A stretch of DNA of 64,000 nt, taken from Thermoproteota archaeon (GTDB lineage Archaea; Thermoproteota; Methanomethylicia; Methanomethylicales; Methanomethylicaceae). Numbering within the stretch: position 1 is the first letter of the stretch; every line of letters begins with the position of its first letter. Position numbers and translations under genes: made by a program. Positions 58,030 through 64,000 of this stretch are shown here, piece by piece. The notes below the pieces were generated by a model. That model saw only the letters and a list, made by a program, of their open reading frames with translations. It was not told the origin of the DNA and made no database searches. The DNA lies in the NCBI GenBank assembly GCA_016882195.1, contig VGLU01000004.1:5572-69571 (forward strand), written 5' to 3'.

Positions 58030-59821
58030 ATCTGGACGTAGCAAATAGCGGGTCAGGCGTGACTTTTACGAAAATGTTAGAGGTTTTGTAGGGGAGGTTC
58101 ACGACGGCCTCTCCTAGGGAGAGGGAGGTAATAGCCCTGCACTGCTCCTCACTCAATGACGTTGAACCGCCCAAGACCTTGAGATCCTCGCCTGAGCGTA
58201 TGGCGTGGATTATCCTGACGGAGGTATTCTTGAGGACGTCCTGGGATATGGAGGACGGGAATTGGGATACGATGATCACGCCTTCTCCGAACTTCCTAAG
58301 TTCGCCGAGGATCCTCTCGCCGATGGATCTAGGCATCTCGGGTCTTCTCGGGGGCAGAATGTTCTGCGCCTCCTCGATCAGGAGGACGTGGCTCAGAGAG
58401 GGCTGTTCTTTCCTGGCGATGACATGGTCGTAGACCGCCTTGAGCAGCAGGTTGGAGAATATTGAGCGGCTGTTGACGTCTTTAAGGTGGCCGAGGTCGA
58501 TGGAGACCAGTCCTCTGAAGAGCTCCTCCCTGTAGAAGGAATCGGTGCCATTTACCGCCATCCCGCATGTGCCCTCCGTGAATAGCTTTAGCCTGCGCAT
58601 GAGGGCCATCCGAGTCTCATGATCCCAGCTTGACCTTATCGGAAGCAACCCGAGTTCATTTATCAGGTCTGAGAGGGTCGGTGTCACCTTGGATCTGTAA
58701 CAGGCCTTTATTGCCTCCCTGAACATATAAGACTGGGGGGCGGTGAACTGGAAGATCTGCGAGAAGATGTCTGTTACAAATTCGACCTGAAAGCCGATGT
58801 CCCTCCCAGAGCATCCCGAGAGCGGATTTATGGTTATGCCGTGCTCAGTAGAGCCAGGGCAGAAGACCTTCCCTCCGGCCTCGGTTATTATTCTTGAGTG
58901 TTCTCCGTGCCAGTCCAAGATAAGAGTGGATATGCCTGTTGAGAAGAGTCTAAGCGCGAGGGTTATTGCGGTGGTGGACTTGCCTCCCCCCGTCGCTCCG
59001 AATATTGAGGTATGCCTCTGCAGATCCCTCAGGTGGAGGGCCAAAGGGGCGATCTTTTTGTCGCCCGAATAGACCCAGCCGAGGAACGGTCCGTCCCCAC
59101 TCACGGCATCGGTCTCAGGCGGATCGAACGCCGCAGAAGGGTCAGGTGAAGTGGGCGGAGGGGGGGGCGGGAGGATAGGGGCAGGGGTTGGTTTTAGTCT
59201 CTCAGAAAGGGGGATTAAATTGGACAGGGCGAAGGGCAGAGGGCTGCTGAGGAGGAGGGAGATCTCCTCTTTGCTCATCCTCTTTGTCTGTGCGTTCGGA
59301 AGCGCCACGCTGCATATCCCCTCAAGCTGTTTGGAGTACATCTCAGAGCTCTTCTGCAGCTCTTCATCGTCCTTGCCTGATGCCCATACGATTATGAAGG
59401 AGCGGTTCGTCGAACTGCTGACGGGCCCCCCTACAATTGATCTATTCGGGCAGGAGAACGAGATGTATGCCACATGCGCCCCAAAGGAGTTAAGGGCTTC
59501 CGAGAACCTAGAGAGCCGCTCATAGTTCAATTCGTTGTCAAACCGGCTGGCCCTTTCATCAGAGGCAGGTGTTGTGCTCAACGCTATGGCTGAAGCAGAA
59601 TATTTTCTGCCAGAAAAATCATATATGGGATAGGGTCCTCGGAATTTTATCAGACCAGCAAGTTTCGGACGGATTATCCCTTCTCTTTGAAGTATCTTGT
59701 ACAGGAGGGGGACGCCTAAGAGGATACATGCAAAAGCTATCAGTATTAGTTTATTCTCCACGTATTCGTTCAGGAAGAGGGTCAGTAGAACGACAAATAG
59801 AAGAAAGGGGGCCAAGTTCAT
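57986..59821 (-). CDS. membrane-anchored FtsK/HerA-superfamily ATPase (DUF87/VirB4/CedB-like)
   Basis: Two N-terminal TM helices, Pro-rich linker PPPPPPTSPDPS, P-loop FGATGGGKSTT, LILDWHGEH, LLIEEAQN (Walker B-like). Confidence 0.65.
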   Translation of the reverse strand: MNLAPFLLFVVLLTLFLNEYVENKLILIAFACILLGVPLLYKILQREGIIRPKLAGLIKFRGPYPIYDFSGRKYSASAIALSTTPASDERASRFDNELNYERLSRFSEALNSFGAHVAYISFSCPNRSIVGGPVSSSTNRSFIIVWASGKDDEELQKSSEMYSKQLEGICSVALPNAQTKRMSKEEISLLLSSPLPFALSNLIPLSERLKPTPAPILPPPPPPTSPDPSAAFDPPETDAVSGDGPFLGWVYSGDKKIAPLALHLRDLQRHTSIFGATGGGKSTTAITLALRLFSTGISTLILDWHGEHSRIITEAGGKVFCPGSTEHGITINPLSGCSGRDIGFQVEFVTDIFSQIFQFTAPQSYMFREAIKACYRSKVTPTLSDLINELGLLPIRSSWDHETRMALMRRLKLFTEGTCGMAVNGTDSFYREELFRGLVSIDLGHLKDVNSRSIFSNLLLKAVYDHVIARKEQPSLSHVLLIEEAQNILPPRRPEMPRSIGERILGELRKFGEGVIIVSQFPSSISQDVLKNTSVRIIHAIRSGEDLKVLGGSTSLSEEQCRAITSLSLGEAVVNLPYKTSNIFVKVTPDPLFATSRSTGSDLLSSLPSQA

Positions 59822-59848
59822 CTAAAAACCTCCAAGGACCTGGCATCT

Positions 59849-60064
59849 TCAGCCTATCCTGAAGTACTGAAGTATCTTATCGATGGACTGTTGAAGTTGG
59901 CTTAGGAACGTGTCGCCGTTGAAGATGGAGAGATCAAATGTCTTCTGAACCCCCGATAACAGACCAATAATGATGGATAGTACCACGGTCAGTGTGACAA
60001 TGGAGAGACCCAATAAGAGACCCTCCTCGACTAGCGGCGAACCGCGAGACCTCTTTGGTTTCAT
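59849..60064 (-). CDS. Flp-like prepilin
   Basis: 71 aa: basic leader MKPKRSRG, cleavage-site-like G|SPLVEE with Glu at +5, then a ~25-residue hydrophobic helix. Confidence 0.45.
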   Translation of the reverse strand: MKPKRSRGSPLVEEGLLLGLSIVTLTVVLSIIIGLLSGVQKTFDLSIFNGDTFLSQLQQSIDKILQYFRIG

Positions 60065-60091
60065 TTTTACCCACCCATCAACGTCTGATAT

Positions 60092-60919
60092 TTAAACTCG
60101 CCATTTAATTACCAAGACAAGGAGCAGATCCGTGCAGAGGAATACGACCAAGGAGATAATCGCCAATTTTCTGCCATCAACCGAGGGGGTTATCTTTGAA
60201 AAGAGGAAAGCGGACAAGACCGAGGTTGAGAGCAGAGCTAGGAAGACATTTGGGTCGAATCTAAGGACGTCAGAGATGCCCCCCTGTAACGCGTACCCTC
60301 CGGCTTTTGAGAGCGAGGCTAGTAAAGGAGATGTAAATGCGATAACGGCCAGAGAGGCAGAGCTTATCACCGTTAGGATCTTGAACCTTAGAGAAAGGAC
60401 GCTCATCTTAACCGATAACTCTGTCCTCAATTGCCTCTTTTCTTGGCGATAGCCGACGTAGCTTTTCATCCTGTTGGAGGTCTCTTCAACGCTGAAGGAG
60501 ATAAGATCGGACACCGCCCGAAATAGGAGGGCGTCGCTTTCGGATGGCATCCTCGCTGTTCGTAGCGCTTGGGTCAGGGGGCATCCGTCTCTGATCCTGT
60601 TCACCACCCACAATAGGGCTGGGATCTTTGACTGGGTCGCCTCGTAGGTCTTCAAGAAGGCCTCTTCGGGAGAGAGGACTTTCAGGTTCTTTGCAAACAT
60701 CAGAAGGAACGAGTCCGGAACCTCTTGAGGCTCCGATAGGCTGACCTTCCCGACATTCAATGCAAAATTTAGCAGGAGAAGGTACGGAACTGAGACTGAG
60801 ACGACGAAGACGTAGCTGTAGAACTGCTGTAGCGAAAACGCCAAGGCTACCGATAGTAGCAGGGCCAAGGGATGCGGCGGGATCGCTAGATGATTGGCGC
60901 GACCAGATCTTTGAACCAT
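60092..60919 (-). CDS. polytopic membrane protein, GspF/TadB/TadC-like (half of a FlaJ-like platform)
   Basis: N-terminal TM helices, a central soluble helical segment, C-terminal TM pair. Overlaps the upstream gene by 34 nt. Confidence 0.5.
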   Translation of the reverse strand: MVQRSGRANHLAIPPHPLALLLSVALAFSLQQFYSYVFVVSVSVPYLLLLNFALNVGKVSLSEPQEVPDSFLLMFAKNLKVLSPEEAFLKTYEATQSKIPALLWVVNRIRDGCPLTQALRTARMPSESDALLFRAVSDLISFSVEETSNRMKSYVGYRQEKRQLRTELSVKMSVLSLRFKILTVISSASLAVIAFTSPLLASLSKAGGYALQGGISDVLRFDPNVFLALLSTSVLSAFLFSKITPSVDGRKLAIISLVVFLCTDLLLVLVIKWRV

Positions 60920-61659
60920 ACATACACAACCAAAAATTCGAGGACCTGCAGAATTACTAAAAGGAAGACCAGTGGAGAGGCGCCCAGTCCCAATATCAGA
61001 CCCATTATGGCAGCTACAACGGGAAGTAGGGTGGAGAAGACGATGATAAATGCCATCGTATCTTCAACCTTGGATAGGCTCTTTGCGGCTTCGGACTTCC
61101 AGCAGGAGAGTAGCAGGGCGGTGTCGGAGATGGATCCGTGTGCCACGGACCTCACCCACTCGTAGTATTGCTCGCTCTCACAGAAGGCTGCAAGGAGGGC
61201 CTTCTTCGGCTCGATACCGTTTCTCATCAAAAACAGCGTCTTCCTGAACCGATCAGAGACCTTAAACTTGCCATCACTAGCAACGTATGAGGCAGCCATT
61301 TTAATGGAGCCGGTAAGGCAGCACACGGTTGCAAAGATGTCGAGAGAGTAGAGGACATCTCTTAATTCAATTATTGCGGATCTCCTCTTCGTCATCTTTG
61401 GGTACAATAAAAGAGTTACTATGATAAAGGGTGGGAAGAGGAAGATGGTAAGGGAAACCTGCGGAGGCATGGTGAAGAACGTGGACGACACGAACGCAAA
61501 GACTGACGACAGCACCGCAAGGTTTAACGCCCCCCTAATGATCTCAGGGCCTTTGGCGCCCCTCCCTCTTATACCGCCATAGCCGAGAGAGGTTGCTAAG
61601 GCGACGACTATGCGTTCGGGGACGAGGTGTAAACGGGATAGCACCCTATAGAGATCCAT
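60886..61659 (-). CDS. polytopic membrane protein, GspF/TadB/TadC-like (second half)
   Basis: Same TM/cytoplasmic/TM architecture (SAIIELRDVLYSLDIFATVCCLTGSI in the central segment). Confidence 0.5.
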   Translation of the reverse strand: MDLYRVLSRLHLVPERIVVALATSLGYGGIRGRGAKGPEIIRGALNLAVLSSVFAFVSSTFFTMPPQVSLTIFLFPPFIIVTLLLYPKMTKRRSAIIELRDVLYSLDIFATVCCLTGSIKMAASYVASDGKFKVSDRFRKTLFLMRNGIEPKKALLAAFCESEQYYEWVRSVAHGSISDTALLLSCWKSEAAKSLSKVEDTMAFIIVFSTLLPVVAAIMGLILGLGASPLVFLLVILQVLEFLVVYVWFKDLVAPII

Positions 61660-61682
61660 GTTTTATCACCAAAATGAGACAT

Positions 61683-63467
61683 TCAGATCTGTCCGTATTT
61701 GGAGGACAAGTTGTTTTCAGATTTCATCACCTCAGCACAATTCTCAAATTGCCCATCATGTAAGAGAGAGACCGTTGCACCACCAACAGGCCTAAGGGCT
61801 TTTTTACTCTCGTCCCATAGAAACACATCGAGGATTCGGGGCATTTCAGACCGTTCCTGATCCTTTACAGCCTCAGATATTCTATAGACTCGCCTGAAGA
61901 TGCGACCTTCGTAGGAGAACTTGCGCATCTGCAAGAGTACGTCCAGGTCGTTCAAGGATTGGACGGGTATTTTGTGCTGATACGTCCACCTCCTCAACAG
62001 CGACTCTCCGGAGTCGGCATGGATCGTGTGGATGCATTTTAGTCCGGCCGCTAGAATCTGAAAGAGGGACTCGCTGTCTTCTCTAGAGAGAACCTCACCA
62101 AAGAACACATAATCTGGAGACTTGTGGAGCAGGCTGTTGAGAACAGAGACCCTCTTCTCTTGATCTGCCTTAGAGGCGCTGCTTGCCAAGAGGCGGATCT
62201 GATGCTTACCATAGGAGTGCTGGGAGACGTTCTCAGCCACATCAGACTCCACCGATATCTTGCGCCAGATCCTCGGTGTTAGCAGATCCAACGCCACCGC
62301 CAGCGTGGTCTTCCCAGAACCGCTCTCCCCGTAGATGGTGAAGTTCTTCCTTTTCTCGATCTGAGCCATACAGTAGGTGGCGGCGTCCGCACTCATTGTT
62401 TCATTAGAGATCAACATCTTCAGATCCATCGGCTTAGCGAAGAACTTCCTTACCGCCATTGACGTTCCCTCCATGGAGATTGGGGGCATGTCTGCGGAGA
62501 TCCGGACGTAGAATTCCTTTGTCTTGAGCGAGGCCCTCAACGAGGGTGTGAAGTAATCCATGAACTTGCCAGACACCGTCCTTGCAAAGGTGAGCAGATG
62601 GTGCATTGCCCTCTTGCTAACTAAGAGAGAGGAGTCGCATCTCCCGTAGTTCCTGTGATCTAGATAGGCAAAGGAGGACTCCCTATCCACAAAGAACTCG
62701 CTTATGTCGTCATCGACCAAGAGGGGATAGAGATCTGAGAGACCAACTGAGGAGTAGGCGATGAATGGCAGGAGACGGTCTTCGATTCCGCCGAGGCGTC
62801 TTGCCAAAGCCTTTCTCTCTTCCATAATGTCAGGGAGGTCTATCGAGATCGGCTTCTGCAGGTTCTGCCATTCGTAAGATCTTATCTTCCTTATGAGGTC
62901 ATAGATCATAATCCTTTCATCCAGACTCAGACGATCCAGCACAGGAACGTACATTGTAGAGTCGTGATCGTGAAGGAGATGAATGGAGAAGGGTTCGATA
63001 TAATACGAAACTGGACCCAAATCTGAGAATTTCTTGGGCAGGATCTGCGGGCGCATGGCATTCATCAGCCTGCTAATGTCCCCTTCCCCATCCAGTTTCA
63101 GCGACCTCCTGAAGGATGAGATCCTTTTACAGAGATCGCACGAGATGCACCGGATCCTCTGGACATCCACATCTTTTTTGGCAACGCAGCTCAGGATGGA
63201 CGGCAATGTCATGTTGAGAGACACGAGAATCTTGGAGGCGTACTTACATCTTAGAGAACTCTCTGAGACAGACCCGCAGAGTGCCATCACCCTATTGACA
63301 ATGTTCGCTAACGCATCAGCCTGATCGTACTGAAAGAGATAAGTCATCTTTCCGGTGAAAATTACCGAACTTCCTACCGGAGGCGGATCAGAGAGCATCA
63401 TTCCTAGGGTATCAAGGGACAGAAGCGGAAGATGGGTGCTGTAGAACTTAACGGGGCGGATGTTCAA
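61683..63467 (-). CDS. secretion/type-IV-filament ATPase of the FlaI/TadA/VirB11/GspE superfamily with long divergent N-terminal domain
   Basis: Walker A GESGSGKTT, Asp box SPDYVFFGEV, His box HTIHADS. The N-terminal ~390 aa contains RCISCDLCKR. TTG start in the track. Confidence 0.8.
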   Translation of the reverse strand: MNIRPVKFYSTHLPLLSLDTLGMMLSDPPPVGSSVIFTGKMTYLFQYDQADALANIVNRVMALCGSVSESSLRCKYASKILVSLNMTLPSILSCVAKKDVDVQRIRCISCDLCKRISSFRRSLKLDGEGDISRLMNAMRPQILPKKFSDLGPVSYYIEPFSIHLLHDHDSTMYVPVLDRLSLDERIMIYDLIRKIRSYEWQNLQKPISIDLPDIMEERKALARRLGGIEDRLLPFIAYSSVGLSDLYPLLVDDDISEFFVDRESSFAYLDHRNYGRCDSSLLVSKRAMHHLLTFARTVSGKFMDYFTPSLRASLKTKEFYVRISADMPPISMEGTSMAVRKFFAKPMDLKMLISNETMSADAATYCMAQIEKRKNFTIYGESGSGKTTLAVALDLLTPRIWRKISVESDVAENVSQHSYGKHQIRLLASSASKADQEKRVSVLNSLLHKSPDYVFFGEVLSREDSESLFQILAAGLKCIHTIHADSGESLLRRWTYQHKIPVQSLNDLDVLLQMRKFSYEGRIFRRVYRISEAVKDQERSEMPRILDVFLWDESKKALRPVGGATVSLLHDGQFENCAEVMKSENNLSSKYGQI

Positions 63468-64000
63468 GGTCGTCTACCCTCTTTGATATGACAGATACGG
63501 CATACTCCAGTATAGAGATCTGATCTTCGAGCGTTTCGAGCCGCTCCTGGATGTGGCTCAGGCTGTATAATGCAAACTCTACTCGCCGTTCCATTCCACG
63601 TGACAGCAACCTCTTGCACCAAAAGAAGAAAAAGGCTTAAATGTCAAGGGGTTTAAAAACCCAGCAGATCTTCGGGGCGCTGTGCCTTCAAGAGTTGTAG
63701 TGTACAAGACGATACTGATCCTCTGGTTTTTAGTGGCGGCTCCGGTCGGATATGCGAGTATCTCAAAGGCGAGGGAACTTCTAAATAAGCTCAGTACGAC
63801 GTGGGAGCTGGAGGGGTCGATGGAAAAGATTGCGGTCATGGGAGGGGGGATGGCAGACAACAGTTGGGCATCATTAAACTGGGGGGAATTTAACAGGTGG
63901 GCAGCAAAGATGTGGGAGGGCAGACTGAGCTAATCCTATTGGTGCCATTACTGTTGGCAATACTGCTCCTCAACCTGACGGTAATGCGGTACCTTGAGGA

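Noticed and set aside
63579-63933. ORFs of 93 aa (minus) and 83 aa (plus) at the window edge
   Set aside because: No motifs, and they overlap each other. The plus ORF has a hydrophobic N-terminus but is truncated by the window end.

Overview
This is an archaeal chromosomal segment, with GC around 55%. Archaeal hallmarks include a thermosome, a histone-fold protein, ribosomal proteins eS26/eS17, ABCE1, GatDE, an archaeal-type ThrRS, a family-B DNA polymerase with an intein, a TFS-like zinc ribbon, archaeal pilin/prepilin peptidase, and intron-containing tRNAs. Most of the window is housekeeping: pyrG, glmS, purA, GMP synthase A/B, sufCB, an accC-accB-carboxyltransferase operon with birA, argS, thrS, gatD/gatE, cofE, hypB and t6A/KEOPS-related genes. 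It carries a heavy load of TnpB-only IS200/IS605-type elements. Three copies of one family share a conserved right end, and one of those is a MITE-like deletion derivative. Two other TnpB genes are intact, one is frameshifted and one is a fragment. None has a TnpA partner. The most system-like accessory locus is at 57.9-63.6 kb: a co-directional Tad/Flp-like type-IV-filament cluster (FlaI/VirB11-type ATPase, two GspF-like membrane proteins, a Flp-like prepilin) joined to a membrane-anchored FtsK/HerA-superfamily (DUF87/VirB4/CedB-like) ATPase. Other notable points: an in-frame TAG inside a 30-nt insertion in the purA P-loop; a 169-aa mini-intein in PolB motif B with a non-canonical C-terminus; two intron-containing tRNAs flanking argS; a TnpB wedged between gatD and gatE; two convergent VapBC modules plus a vapB remnant; and a TFS N-ribbon-only paralog next to 21-nt tandem repeats. 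No CRISPR array or rRNA was seen. Coordinates may be off by about 1 nt in places; all assignments come from reading translated motifs by eye, and no searches were run.
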